Positions 18,224-28,533 of a stretch of 64,000 bases of DNA are shown one piece after another (position 1 is the stretch's first letter; the number at the start of each line of letters is the position of its first letter). The position numbers and the translations under genes were made by a program. Source of the DNA: Thermoanaerobaculia bacterium (GTDB lineage Bacteria; Acidobacteriota; Thermoanaerobaculia; Gp7-AA8); contig DASXHZ010000089.1 of assembly GCA_036488085.1 (NCBI GenBank), positions 5,578 through 69,577 on the forward strand, given 5' to 3'. The notes beneath the pieces were generated by a model, which was given only the letters and a program-made list of their open reading frames with translations, did no database searches and was not told the DNA's origin.

Positions 18224-20254
18224 CTACGCCTGAACGCCGTTCCGCACGATCCTCGCGACGTCGTCGACCAGATCGGCGGGGTCGACGGGCTTGGTGAGGT
18301 AGCCGTTGAACATGACGTCGCTGGCCTGGGCGGCGGCGGGGAAGGCGCTGAGGATGATCAGCTTCACGCCATCGAGCTCCGGACGCGCGCGCATCTCGCG
18401 GGAGAAGGCATAGCCGTCCATCTCCGGCATGGCGATGTCGGTGATGACGGCGTCGGGGCGTATCCGGGTCAGTTCGGCGAGGGCGAGCGGTGCAGACTCG
18501 ACCGCCGTCACGTCGGCGCCGGCCTGTCTCAGGATCGCGGAGATGAGTCCGCGCGCCTCGACATCGTCGTCTAGCAGCAGCAGTGAGATGCCGCGGAGTC
18601 GGTCGGGATTGATCGTGCGGATCGGCTCTTCGGCGCTTTGCGTGTGCGGCGCCTCGTTGGAGATGGTTGCGACGGCGGCGACCGGAAGGGTGACGGTGAA
18701 CGTTGCGCCGCTTCCGCGACCCTCGCTTTCGGCGGTGATGCTTCCGCCGTGCGCCTCGACGATGTAGCGGACGATCGAGAGGCCGAGTCCGAGGCCGCCG
18801 TGGACGCGCGTCTGCGGGTTCTCCGCCTGGCGGAACGGCTCGAAGACGTGCGGGAGGAACTGCAGGTCGATCCCTTCGCCGGTGTCGCAGACCTCGATCT
18901 CGAGGTGCGACGACGTCCGCCGGGCGCTGACGTGGATGCTGCCGCCCTTCGGCGTGAATTTCACGGCATTGGTGAGCAGGTTCCACATCACCTGCTGCAA
19001 CCGGGTCGGGTCGGCGACGATCCACCCGAGGCCGGCGGAGAAGGACGTTTCGATGCGAATGCCACGGGCGCCCGCGCTGGGACGCACCGCCTCGAGCGAT
19101 GAGTTCAGGATGTTCTCGACATTCAGCCGCTCGCGCGTCAGCCGCATCTTGCCGGAGACGATGCGCGAGACGTCGAGCACGTCGTCGATGAGGCGGGCCT
19201 GGAGCTGTGCGCCGCGCGCGATCGACGAGACCGCTTCCCGGAACATCGGATCGGCCGGCGACATGGTCGGCAGCAGACGCGCCCACCCGAGGATCGCGGT
19301 CATGGGCGTCCGCAGCTCGTGCGACAACGTCATGAGGAACTCGTCTTTCGCCCGGTTCGCCTCCTGGGCGACGCGGAACGACGCCTCGGCACGCCGGCGT
19401 TCTTCTTCTGCCGCGAGCCGCGCCTCACGCTGCTGCATCAGCGCACGCTGCGTCTCCTCGGCCTGCTTGCGGTCGGTGATGTCGCGCGTCACTTTCGCGA
19501 ATCCGCGCAGGACGCCCTGCTCGTCGTGGACGGCGGTGATGACGACGTTCGCCCAGAAGCGGCTGCCGTCCTTGCGGAGACGCCATCCCTCTTCTTCGTA
19601 CACGCCGTACTCACGCGCGATCTCGAGCTCCCGCGGCGGCTTCCCGCTCCGGATGTCCTCCTCGGGATAGAAGATCGAGAAGTGTTTCCCGATGATCTCG
19701 TCGGACGTGTACCCCTTGATGCGGTGCGCCCCCGCGTTCCACGACGCGATGTGGCCTCCCGTATCGAGCATGAAGATGGCGTAGTCCTGGACGTTCGCGA
19801 CCAGGAGCCGGAACATCTCCTCACTCTCCCGCAGCCGCTCGTCCGCCGCGCGGCGCAGCGTCAGGTCGCGCGTGACTTTGGCGAAGCCGCGCAGCTTGCC
19901 GTCCGGGGTACGGAGTCCGGTGATGACGGTGTTGACCCAGAAACGCGTTCCATCGCTGCGGAGGCGCCACCCTTCGTCCTCGATGCGCCCCTCGCGGTCG
20001 GCGACCTCCAGCTCGTGCTGCGGCTTCCGGTTGTCGAGGTCTTCCTTCGAATAGAAGATCTGGAAGTTCCGGCCGATCACATCGTCGGCCGCGTAGCCGA
20101 AGATGCGCGCGGCACCGCGATTCCAGGTGCGGATCTCCCCATGAATTCCCATGAGGAAGATCGCGTAGTCCTGCACCTCGTCGATGAGGAGTGCCAGCTC
20201 GTCGCTCGTGGGCACGGGCACATCGAGCCTACGTTTGTTAGGTGTGTCAGCCAT
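18224..20254 (-). CDS. hybrid sensor histidine kinase (2x PAS, HisKA, HATPase, C-terminal receiver)
   Basis: two PAS repeats (DYAIFLM..., DYAIFMLD...), SHELRTP H-box, N/G-boxes, receiver with DIAMPEMDG and conserved D/K. Confidence 0.85.
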   Translation of the reverse strand: MADTPNKRRLDVPVPTSDELALLIDEVQDYAIFLMGIHGEIRTWNRGAARIFGYAADDVIGRNFQIFYSKEDLDNRKPQHELEVADREGRIEDEGWRLRSDGTRFWVNTVITGLRTPDGKLRGFAKVTRDLTLRRAADERLRESEEMFRLLVANVQDYAIFMLDTGGHIASWNAGAHRIKGYTSDEIIGKHFSIFYPEEDIRSGKPPRELEIAREYGVYEEEGWRLRKDGSRFWANVVITAVHDEQGVLRGFAKVTRDITDRKQAEETQRALMQQREARLAAEEERRRAEASFRVAQEANRAKDEFLMTLSHELRTPMTAILGWARLLPTMSPADPMFREAVSSIARGAQLQARLIDDVLDVSRIVSGKMRLTRERLNVENILNSSLEAVRPSAGARGIRIETSFSAGLGWIVADPTRLQQVMWNLLTNAVKFTPKGGSIHVSARRTSSHLEIEVCDTGEGIDLQFLPHVFEPFRQAENPQTRVHGGLGLGLSIVRYIVEAHGGSITAESEGRGSGATFTVTLPVAAVATISNEAPHTQSAEEPIRTINPDRLRGISLLLLDDDVEARGLISAILRQAGADVTAVESAPLALAELTRIRPDAVITDIAMPEMDGYAFSREMRARPELDGVKLIILSAFPAAAQASDVMFNGYLTKPVDPADLVDDVARIVRNGVQA

Positions 20255-20338
20255 CCGTCCCAGCCCCTAGGTTTTGCGGTAAATGGGCCAAGAGGGAAAC
20301 TCGATGCAAGAAACGTGCGGCCGAGACTGGTGTGGAGC

Positions 20339-22039
20339 TTACGGCAAGCCGCGAGTCCTCCTCCGGACGCTCGGGGGCGTCCGCAGACCCGGCGTCTCCT
20401 GTATGGCGGCCGGAGCCGCCTGGAACCGCCGTTTCGGCTGCGTGATGGCGTCGAGCACGTGATGTGCCGAGAGCACCGCTCCCTCCTGCCAGCCCGACAG
20501 GTAGGACAGCTGGTCGCCGGCGATCCAGAACTGGCCGTCCGGCTTCAGCAGAACGTTGGGGATGGGACCTGCCGAACCCGGCTCTTTCTTGCAGCTCCAA
20601 TCATCTGCCCAACCGCCGAGCTGATACGGTACCTGCTTCCAGGCGATCGACACGCCGAGGTCCAGCCGCACGTGCTTGTCGAAATCGGGATGGAGCTTTT
20701 TCGCCTCTTCCCGCGCCTTCACGAGCCGCTCGTGCGGTTTCAACTTGGCCAGCTCGTCGGCGTCGGTGTCGTAGTTGTAGGCGCCCGTGAGGATCCCCTT
20801 CTTACTGAAGTACGCATACGACGGGTACCACATCTGCGTCATGTTCTGGTTGGTGTACGAGATGCCGCCGTACATCTGGTTCTGCGTCTCCCAGAAGCGC
20901 GACTCCGTCTGCCATCCGACCTTGCATGTCGCCGCGAATTGGATCTCTTTGATCGCCTCCTCGTACTCGTCCGAGAGGTTTTTGTCTTTGATATCCCGAA
21001 GGATCGGGATCGGAATCGTGGAGATGCACCAGTCGGCGGTGATCGACTCGCCATGTTGCTCGCTGCCGGAGTGACGGTAGCGCACCGTCACTTTCTTCTT
21101 CTCGCGGTCGATGTGGAGGCCGGCGACCTCGCGGCCGTAGTGGATCATGCCGGCGGGCAGCTTCTTGAGGAAGCCCTTCCAGATGTGATCCATCCCGTGC
21201 ACCGGCTGGAAGAGCGTCGGCTGCCACTCGTACTCCTCCGACTGCATCACGCGGTGGTCCCAGAAGTCGGACTTCACGAGATCTTCGAGCGTGAGCGGCG
21301 GTAGGAGGCGCCCGCAGCTCGTGATCCCCGGCTCGACCGCGTAGCCGGAGCGCGACGAGCCCTTGTAGTCGTAGTCGTCGGTCTCCTCGACGTCGCCGAA
21401 TGAGGCGAGCAGGCTGAGGAGACCCGCTTTGTCGACGTCGTGGAGCCGGTCGTCGAGCGATCCCTTGTTGATCGCTTTCGCGAGGAGGTCGGAGATCCAG
21501 CCGCGCGTGTCGTTGATGATGCGGCGGTTCGTCATCGCCGCGCCGCTCCATGCGCTCTCCGTCTGGAAGAAGTTCGCGCGCGTCATCATGTTGTAGACCT
21601 CGAGCTCGACGCCGAGGAGGTTGCAGTAGTGGAGGATCGCGGTGTGGTGGTACGGGAGGCGTCCAGGGCCGGCGTTGAGGTACATCTGCGGCCCTTCGTC
21701 GAACATGCAGGTCTGCTCGGTCCCGGTGGTCTCCTTGATGATGTCGCCGCGGCGGACCGTGTAGCTGCGGCCGCCGGCGCGGTGCTGCGCCTCGAGGACG
21801 TCGACCTTGTAGCCGGCCTTGTGCAACTCGTACGCGGCAGTGAGTCCGGCAATGCCGGCGCCGAGGATGACGACGCTCTTCCCTTTGCCGTGGTCGGGCG
21901 CGAGATCGGGCGGACCGGCGAACGCCTCAGGGGTCCGGATCAGCCCCATCGCGACCATCGTCTCGTACACGGCGGCTGCGCCACCGGCCGCACCAACCGT
22001 CTCGAGGAACCGGCGCCTGGTCCACTTTCCGTCGCTCAT
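20339..22039 (-). CDS. TAT-secreted flavin-containing amine oxidase (monoamine oxidase / L-amino-acid oxidase family)
   Basis: RRRFLETVGAAGGAAA twin-arginine signal; VVILGAGIAGLTAAYEL FAD fold; amine-oxidase C-terminal region. Confidence 0.8.
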   Translation of the reverse strand: MSDGKWTRRRFLETVGAAGGAAAVYETMVAMGLIRTPEAFAGPPDLAPDHGKGKSVVILGAGIAGLTAAYELHKAGYKVDVLEAQHRAGGRSYTVRRGDIIKETTGTEQTCMFDEGPQMYLNAGPGRLPYHHTAILHYCNLLGVELEVYNMMTRANFFQTESAWSGAAMTNRRIINDTRGWISDLLAKAINKGSLDDRLHDVDKAGLLSLLASFGDVEETDDYDYKGSSRSGYAVEPGITSCGRLLPPLTLEDLVKSDFWDHRVMQSEEYEWQPTLFQPVHGMDHIWKGFLKKLPAGMIHYGREVAGLHIDREKKKVTVRYRHSGSEQHGESITADWCISTIPIPILRDIKDKNLSDEYEEAIKEIQFAATCKVGWQTESRFWETQNQMYGGISYTNQNMTQMWYPSYAYFSKKGILTGAYNYDTDADELAKLKPHERLVKAREEAKKLHPDFDKHVRLDLGVSIAWKQVPYQLGGWADDWSCKKEPGSAGPIPNVLLKPDGQFWIAGDQLSYLSGWQEGAVLSAHHVLDAITQPKRRFQAAPAAIQETPGLRTPPSVRRRTRGLP

Positions 22040-22105
22040 GGCAACCTCCGGATTCAGTCTTTAGGAATGAGGGAAGGATAACCCGGAGCCATACAATCGC
22101 GCGTA

Positions 22106-22618
22106 ATGACCCGGCGCACGCGCGACCAGCTTCGATTCGTCCTGAAGTTCGCCATCTTCCTCGCCGTCTTCTACGCGATCGTGACTCCTGAGCCGGTCGA
22201 CCGGACGGTGATCGTGCCGTTCTCGCACGCCCTCAGCGTCGTCTCCGGCGCGATTCTGAATCTCCTCGGGCAGCACGTCCGCGTCGCCGGAACGGTGATC
22301 GCGGGGAACGCGTTCGCCGTCGACATCAAGAACGGCTGCAACGGCATCGAGGCGGTCGTCTTTCTCTGCGCCGCGATCGCCGCGTTTCCCGCCACCTGGC
22401 GTGCGCGCCTCCTCGGCATCCTCGCCGCGTGCACGATCGTCGAGGGGCTGAACATCATCCGGATCGTGTCGCTCTACCTGATCGGACGCTACCGGCCGTC
22501 AGCGTTCGGCGCGTTTCACCTCGCCGTCTGGCAGAGCGTGATCTTCGCCGCTGCCGTATTCCTGTTTGTGGCATGGACCTCACGCGTCCGCCGAACCGAT
22601 GCTGTCGCGAGCCGCTAG
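22106..22618 (+). CDS. short exosortase/archaeosortase-family-like membrane protein
   Basis: multi-TM 170-aa protein with NGCNGIE (Cys motif) and GLNIIRIV (NxxR motif) resembling exosortase active-site signatures. Confidence 0.4.
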   Translation: MTRRTRDQLRFVLKFAIFLAVFYAIVTPEPVDRTVIVPFSHALSVVSGAILNLLGQHVRVAGTVIAGNAFAVDIKNGCNGIEAVVFLCAAIAAFPATWRARLLGILAACTIVEGLNIIRIVSLYLIGRYRPSAFGAFHLAVWQSVIFAAAVFLFVAWTSRVRRTDAVASR

Positions 22619-23111
22619 ATTCATCGCCGGCTTCGCCGCCGCGACGCTCGTCTGGCTCTGGGTGTCGCCTTTTCTCGCGAGCGGTATGGCTCTGGCGACC
22701 GAGCCACTCCTGCACCTCGACGCCCGCTTCCGCGACGCACAGCTCTCAGCCTCGGAGTCAATGGTCTCCGTGGACGCGCCGCACGGCACGTTCCCGCAGA
22801 CGAAGTACCCCGCCGATCAGCTCACGTTCAACCTGATCCTGCTCGTCGCGCTCTTCGCGTCGAACAAGAAGCCGTGGCGCGACCGGAACATCATCGCCTT
22901 CGCCGTCTCGCTCGCGATCGTCCTCGCCCTCCAGCCGCTCTCCCTGCTCGTGACGATCGAGACCTACTACGCGGACTTCACGAAGTGGGGCGAGACGCAG
23001 TACGGCAACGTCGCCGCCAACGTCTGGCTCGTCCTCCAGATGTTCTGGCGCCTGGTGGGCATGTTCGGCGTCGTGTTCGTGTGCTGGTGGGTGGCGCCGT
23101 CACGGGAGTAA
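22599..23111 (+). CDS. membrane protein, putative partner of the exosortase-like protein
   Basis: overlapping or coupled multi-TM ORF; no recognisable catalytic motifs. Confidence 0.4.
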   Translation: MLSRAARFIAGFAAATLVWLWVSPFLASGMALATEPLLHLDARFRDAQLSASESMVSVDAPHGTFPQTKYPADQLTFNLILLVALFASNKKPWRDRNIIAFAVSLAIVLALQPLSLLVTIETYYADFTKWGETQYGNVAANVWLVLQMFWRLVGMFGVVFVCWWVAPSRE

Positions 23112-23200
23112 GCGGGGCACCGCCGAACCACACGGCAAGGGGCTCGAAGCCGCCGCTGTCATCGCGACGAAGAGAGTTGACGCCCCCGCAATGGCAGCCT

Positions 23201-23872
23201 TCATCTAGGGATGCCGGGCGTCGTGTTCGTTCTTATTGTGAGCAGCTCTTCCACCTCTTCGTCAGTGGTCTGGCGGAAGTCGCGGTACCAGAGGCCGACG
23301 GACTGGAACGGCTCGGGCGTCCGAAGGCAGATCATCTCGTCGACGATGCTTTGAAACTCGGCGCACGTCGACGGCGCCGCTACCGGCACAGCGACGACGA
23401 TCTCCTTCGGCTTCATCTTCTGTAGTGCCTCAACGGCGGCGCGCATCGTCGACCCCGTGGCGAGGCCGTCGTCGACAATGACGACCGTCTTTCCGGTGAC
23501 GTCGAGCGGCGGACGATCGCGCCGATATGCGCGCTCCCGGCGCTCGAGCTCGCGCGCCTCAAACTCAGCGACCCTTTCGATCGTCGATGTCGGTACCGGC
23601 ACGTATCGCAGCACCTCGTCATTGAGCACGCGGACGCCGCCGCTGGCTATCGCGCCCATCGCCAGCTCTTCCTGTCCCGGCACGCCGAGCTTGCGGACGA
23701 TGAAGACGTCGAGCGGCGCATCGAGCGCGCGTGCGACCTGGTAGCCGACCGGCACGCCTCCGCGCGGAAGCGCCAGGACGACCAGGTCCTGGCGCTTCCC
23801 GACTCGCCGCACCACCTCGGCGCCGAGGAGTTTCCCCGCCTCAGCGCGGTCGGCGAAAGGCTCGTATCTCAC
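23201..23872 (-). CDS. predicted phosphoribosyltransferase
   Basis: likely GTG start giving MRYEPFADRAEAGKLLG; VVIVDDGLATGSTM PRPP-binding motif; upstream in-frame extension is REP-element derived. Confidence 0.65.
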   Translation of the reverse strand: MRYEPFADRAEAGKLLGAEVVRRVGKRQDLVVLALPRGGVPVGYQVARALDAPLDVFIVRKLGVPGQEELAMGAIASGGVRVLNDEVLRYVPVPTSTIERVAEFEARELERRERAYRRDRPPLDVTGKTVVIVDDGLATGSTMRAAVEALQKMKPKEIVVAVPVAAPSTCAEFQSIVDEMICLRTPEPFQSVGLWYRDFRQTTDEEVEELLTIRTNTTPGIPR

Positions 23873-23934
23873 GAGATCAAATCGTGCAACGGATGTTCCG
23901 CCGACGGCGAGTTGCCGGTTCGCCGAAGGCCTGG

Positions 23935-24100
23935 TGAGCGTCAGCGCCCACCACCAAAGCCCTCTCCCTTGGGAGAGGGTGGCCGAAGGCCGGGTGAGGG
24001 GCGTGCGTCCCGCGACCAACCACGTTTTTTCGTGAGCAACACGCCCCTCATCCGCCGCTTCGCGGGACCTTCTCCCGAGGGAGAAGGGATGGTGTGGTAG
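23935..24100. repeat. hairpin repeat element, family D (CCCTCTCCC-N4-GGGAGAGGG plus CGGGTGAGGGGCG arms)
   Basis: two perfect or near-perfect hairpins; same motifs recur at 62776-62960. Confidence 0.5.
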
Positions 24101-24151
24101 CGTCTCGCGCGGCCCGTCTCCCCAACCCTGCTAGACTTCCTGCACGGTCCC

Positions 24152-27100
24152 ATGCCCCGAAAAGTCCTGCTCGCGGTCGCGATGCTTTTGGCTTTGCGCC
24201 TCCTTGCCGCGGAGGAGTGGACGCCGACGCGCGCGTTCCGGATCTTCAGCAAAACGACGGATCGCGGGCTGCCGCAGTCGTCGATCGTGGCGCTGGCGCA
24301 GGACGGCGATGGGCTCATGTGGATCGGCACGCTCGACGGCGCGGCGACGTTCGATGGGCGCACGATAACGCCCGTCCCGGCCGTCGCCGGTGCACCGGTA
24401 CGCGGGATGATTCCGGCGATCGTCACGCTGAGAAATGGCGGCGTCGCGATCGCATCGCCTGCCGGGGTGCATCTGTTCGACGGCAAGAGCTGGCGTCTGA
24501 TCGCGTCGCACAAGCCGCCGAACGCGATTGCCGAGACGACGGACGGTGCGCTTTGGATGGCGGACAACGAGGGAGCGCTGTGGGCTCTCGGTGCGCACGA
24601 CGCGTGGGAGCGGCATCGCGAAGCGGGACATGCGGTCGCGCTCGCGGCGGCGAGCGACGGCTCGCTCTGGATTGCGACCGACGACGGCGCCGAGCGGATG
24701 CACGGCGGCAAGATCGAACCGGTCGCCAGTACGGCGGTAAACGGACGTCCGGGCGCGCTTCTCGTCGCGCACGACGGGCGTGTCTGGATTGCAACGCTCA
24801 ACGGCACGGTCTACTGGAGCCGAGGAGCCGACGGGTGGCATCAGGCGCAGTTCGCGCCGTGGGCGCGCAGCGCGTTCCACGCCATCGCGGAGGATCGGCG
24901 TGGCCGTATATGGGTCGGCGCGTACGGCGGTGGCGTGGCGTTCGGCAACGCCGAGATGCCGTGGACGGTGTGGTCCTCCCCGACCAACGGCCCGTTCATG
25001 GCCGGCGTGATGTCGATCCTCGGCGACCGTGAAGGGAGCGTCTGGTTCGGCGAGAACGCCATCGGCCTCATTCAGTGGCTCGGCGAGGAGTGGTCGCATC
25101 GCGCGGTCGTCGATCCGGCGCAGCTTGGGTCGCTCACGTATGGCGGCTTCCAGATCAGCCGAGGGGCGGCGCCGCATACGCTGCTCGTCGCCGCATTCGA
25201 AAAGGGATTCCTCCGCTGCGATGAGCGCGGCTGTAAGCAGTTCAACGCCGCAAACGGACTGACCGAGGACACGCGCGCCGTCGTCGAGCCGTCGCCGGGG
25301 CTCCTCGTTGCCGGCACACGTTTCGGCATCTTCGAATCGCACGACGGCAAGCCGTTCCAGCAGGTGGTGAAGTTGCCGGCCGGCTTTGTGATGGGGATCT
25401 TCGAGAGTCCCGATCACCGCTGGTACGCGGCGACTAACACACAAGGCATCCTCGTTCGTACCGATAAGGGCTGGATCCCGGCGCCCGACCTCAACGCGCG
25501 CCTCGTCGATATGCACGTTCGCGGGATGACGTGGCGGAAGAATGGCGAGCTGTGGATCGCGACGCTGCGCGGCATCACGGTCTACCGCGGCACCGACGCC
25601 GAGCAGTTGACGTCCAAGCGGATCGCGGCGCTCCCTGACACGGTCAATGCGGTGCTCGATGTCTCCGATGACGAAGTGTGGGTCGCCGGCACCGGCGGCA
25701 TCGCCGTGCGCCGCGGCGAGACGTGGAAGCGGATGGACGAGAGCAACGGCCTTCCCGGCTCCACGGTCTACTCGCTCGCGCGCGGAAAAGACGGCGCGGT
25801 CTGGGCGGGCGGCTCCGCCGGCATCGGCCGCTTCCTGCACAACGAATGGAAGACGTGGGACTCGCGCTCGGGTCTCGTCAACGACGAGTGCAATCTCGGC
25901 GGCATGCTCGTCGACCGTGCCGTCGACAGCGATGGTTCGGTCTACGTCGGCTCCCTCGGCGGCCTCGCGAGATTCGACCCGAAGGTGACGGCCATCGCGC
26001 CGCCGCCGCTGAAACTCGTCTGGCGCACGACGCCTTCGCGCGACGCTGCCGGCGTCGCACAACTTCCGCGGAGCGAGCGGGCGCTGCATCTCCGATGGAC
26101 GGCGCCGTGGCTCGGCCCGCGCGCCGTGCAATACCGCACGCGCATCCCCGGCGTCCGAGACGAGTGGTCGGCGCCGACATACGAGGAGCACCTCGACATC
26201 GAGAACGTCGGCGCCGGACGAACGCGAGTCGAAGTCGAAGCGCGCGTCGAGGGCTCCAATTCGTGGACGCCGCCGCTCGCGCTCGACGTCGACGTTCCGC
26301 CGTTCTGGTACGAGACGCCGCTCGCGCGCATCGCCGGGATCGCGCTTCTCATCGCGATCATTTACCTCATCATCCGGCTGCGGATGCGGGCGCTGCACCA
26401 GCGTGCCGCGGCGCTCGAGGCGACGGTTCAGCAGCGGACGGCGGAGCTGGCGGAGAAGGTCGAGCAGCTTCACGACTCCGAGCAACGCGCGCTCGCGGCC
26501 AGCCGCGCGAAGAGCGCATTCCTCGCGAACATGAGCCACGAGCTACGGACGCCGCTCAACGGGGTGCTCGGGTTCGCGCAACTCCTCAACCGCCGCAAAG
26601 AACGCGACACCGAGGATCGTGAAGGTCTCGCGATCATCATGAAGAGCGGCGAGCACCTGCTCAACCTGATCAACGACGTTCTCTCGTTGTCTAAGATCGA
26701 GGCCGGCCGCGTGACGCTCGACCGCGAGCCGTTCGACCTCGAGACGCTGGTGCACGACGTCGAGAGCGTCCTCCGTTTCCGCGCCGAGGAGAAGAGTCTC
26801 CGCCTCACCTGCACGATCGGCGGCAATCCTCCGCGCGCGGTCCTCGGCGACGAAGGGAAGCTGCGGCAGATCCTCCTCAATCTCCTCGGCAATGGCGTGA
26901 AGTTCACCGATCGCGGCTCCGTTTCTTTGCGCGCGTCGTGGACGAACGGCCGCGCGGTATTCGAGGTCGAGGACACCGGCGCCGGCATCGCGCCGGAAGA
27001 GCTGCCGCGCCTCTTCGAGCCATTCGTTCAGACCGAGAGCGGCCATCGCACGAAGGAAGGCACGGGCCTCGGCCTCGCCCTCTCGCGCGATCTCGCCCGG

Positions 27101-28000
27101 CTCATGGATGGCGACGTCACGGTCGAGAGCACGCCCGGCGCGGGATCGAAGTTCCGCGTCGAGATCAGTTTGCCGGAAGCCGCGGCGGGCGCCATGGTGA
27201 TCGCGAAAGACGGCCGCCGCGTCGCGCGCCTCGCGCCGGGGCAGGATGCGGTGCGGATCCTGGTCGTCGACGACACGCCGCTCAACCGCATCGTTCTCAC
27301 CAAGCTCCTTGCGTCGGTCGGCTTCGAAGTGCGTGACGCCGGCTCGGGCGACGAGGCGCTGCAGATCTGGGAGACGTGGCAGCCGCATCTGATCTGGATG
27401 GACAAGCGGATGCACGGACTCGACGGCCTGGAAGTGACGCGCCGCATTCGCGCGCGCGAGAAAGTAGAGCGCCGCAAACGCGTCCCGATCCTCGCCCTCT
27501 CCGCGAGCGCGCTGGAGCACGAGCGCGGCGAGATCATGGACGCGGGCTGCGACGACTTCGTTCCGAAGCCGTATCGCGAGTCGACGATCTTCACGAAGAT
27601 CCGCGAGCACCTCGCCGTCCGCTACGTCTACGAAGACGAAGCGGCGCCGGTGGCGGCCGAGGGTCGGTCGGTGCTGCTCGTCGACGACGACTCCATCTGC
27701 CGCCAGATCGCGCAGGAGCTGCTGCGCGGCCACGGAATCTCCGTCACCAGCGCGACGAACGGCCGCGAAGCGGTCGACCTCGCGCGCAAACAGAAATTCG
27801 ACCTCGTCCTGATGGACCTCCGCATGCCGGGCATGGACGGCATCGAGGCGACTCGCCACATCAAGGCGCTTCAGGGGATGGATCGCCTCCCGATCATCGC
27901 CATGAGCGCCGAGCCGGCGGATCACGAAGGGATGGACGACGCGATCTCGAAGCCGGTCGAGCCCGAGGCGCTGAATGCCGCGCTGCGCCGGTGGCTGTAG
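24152..28000 (+). CDS. hybrid two-component sensor with periplasmic beta-propeller (Reg_prop) domain, TM, HisKA-HATPase and two receiver domains
   Basis: signal peptide, long WIAT/WIGT-type repeated propeller region, single TM (IAGIALLIAIIYLII), SHELRTP, two DD..D..K receiver domains. Confidence 0.85.
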   Translation: MPRKVLLAVAMLLALRLLAAEEWTPTRAFRIFSKTTDRGLPQSSIVALAQDGDGLMWIGTLDGAATFDGRTITPVPAVAGAPVRGMIPAIVTLRNGGVAIASPAGVHLFDGKSWRLIASHKPPNAIAETTDGALWMADNEGALWALGAHDAWERHREAGHAVALAAASDGSLWIATDDGAERMHGGKIEPVASTAVNGRPGALLVAHDGRVWIATLNGTVYWSRGADGWHQAQFAPWARSAFHAIAEDRRGRIWVGAYGGGVAFGNAEMPWTVWSSPTNGPFMAGVMSILGDREGSVWFGENAIGLIQWLGEEWSHRAVVDPAQLGSLTYGGFQISRGAAPHTLLVAAFEKGFLRCDERGCKQFNAANGLTEDTRAVVEPSPGLLVAGTRFGIFESHDGKPFQQVVKLPAGFVMGIFESPDHRWYAATNTQGILVRTDKGWIPAPDLNARLVDMHVRGMTWRKNGELWIATLRGITVYRGTDAEQLTSKRIAALPDTVNAVLDVSDDEVWVAGTGGIAVRRGETWKRMDESNGLPGSTVYSLARGKDGAVWAGGSAGIGRFLHNEWKTWDSRSGLVNDECNLGGMLVDRAVDSDGSVYVGSLGGLARFDPKVTAIAPPPLKLVWRTTPSRDAAGVAQLPRSERALHLRWTAPWLGPRAVQYRTRIPGVRDEWSAPTYEEHLDIENVGAGRTRVEVEARVEGSNSWTPPLALDVDVPPFWYETPLARIAGIALLIAIIYLIIRLRMRALHQRAAALEATVQQRTAELAEKVEQLHDSEQRALAASRAKSAFLANMSHELRTPLNGVLGFAQLLNRRKERDTEDREGLAIIMKSGEHLLNLINDVLSLSKIEAGRVTLDREPFDLETLVHDVESVLRFRAEEKSLRLTCTIGGNPPRAVLGDEGKLRQILLNLLGNGVKFTDRGSVSLRASWTNGRAVFEVEDTGAGIAPEELPRLFEPFVQTESGHRTKEGTGLGLALSRDLARLMDGDVTVESTPGAGSKFRVEISLPEAAAGAMVIAKDGRRVARLAPGQDAVRILVVDDTPLNRIVLTKLLASVGFEVRDAGSGDEALQIWETWQPHLIWMDKRMHGLDGLEVTRRIRAREKVERRKRVPILALSASALEHERGEIMDAGCDDFVPKPYRESTIFTKIREHLAVRYVYEDEAAPVAAEGRSVLLVDDDSICRQIAQELLRGHGISVTSATNGREAVDLARKQKFDLVLMDLRMPGMDGIEATRHIKALQGMDRLPIIAMSAEPADHEGMDDAISKPVEPEALNAALRRWL

Positions 28001-28013
28001 CTAGAATGAGGGC

Positions 28014-28409
28014 ATGAACGACTCGGCATCCTCACGCATCGACGACAGGATCAAAGAGCTGGACGACTGGCGCGGAAAGACGCTCGCCAAAGTCCGGCAG
28101 CTCATCAAAGCGGCCGACCCGGAGATCGTCGAAGAGTGGAAGTGGGCCAAAGCGAGCACCCCCGGAACGCCCGTCTGGTCGCACGACGGCATCATCTGCA
28201 CCGGTGAGAGTTACAAGAGCGTCGTAAAGCTGACGTTCCTGAAGGGCGCCTCATTGAAGGATCCCTCGCGGCTGTTCAACTCGAGCCTGGAGGGAAACGC
28301 CAGGCGCGCCATCGACATCTACGAGGACGACAAGATCGACGCGGCGGCGTTCAAGAAACTGATCCGCGACGCTGTGGACCTCAATGTCGAAGGTAAGAAG
28401 AAGAAGTAG
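28014..28409 (+). CDS. DUF1801 (YdhG-like) domain protein
   Basis: 131-aa ORF matching DUF1801 architecture (WRGKTLAKVRQLI.. EEWKWAK). Confidence 0.65.
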   Translation: MNDSASSRIDDRIKELDDWRGKTLAKVRQLIKAADPEIVEEWKWAKASTPGTPVWSHDGIICTGESYKSVVKLTFLKGASLKDPSRLFNSSLEGNARRAIDIYEDDKIDAAAFKKLIRDAVDLNVEGKKKK

Positions 28410-28439
28410 CGGCCGGAACACGTCTCCGCAGGCCTGCAC

Positions 28440-28505
28440 GCCCTCACTCGGCGGCTGGCTCGCTTTGCGCCTTCCAGGCTGATGACTCCTACCTTACGAT
28501 CGGAG
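28440..28505 (+). ncRNA. candidate fluoride riboswitch (crcB motif) with SD-sequestering expression platform
   Basis: GGCGGCUGGCUCGC hairpin then GGCUGAUGACUCCUAC, resembling conserved CUGAUGAUxCCUAC 3' element; CUCCUAC can pair with the GGAGGUAG Shine-Dalgarno 10 nt before crcB. Confidence 0.45.
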
Positions 28506-28533
28506 GTAGTGTGAGTCGCAGAGAGAACCAAGA

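Noticed and set aside
17673-19286. Full 537-aa ORF as one gene
   Set aside because: The upstream two-thirds is the shadow of the hybrid kinase gene on the same strand in another frame. Only the C-terminal 165 aa (DUF421) look genuine.
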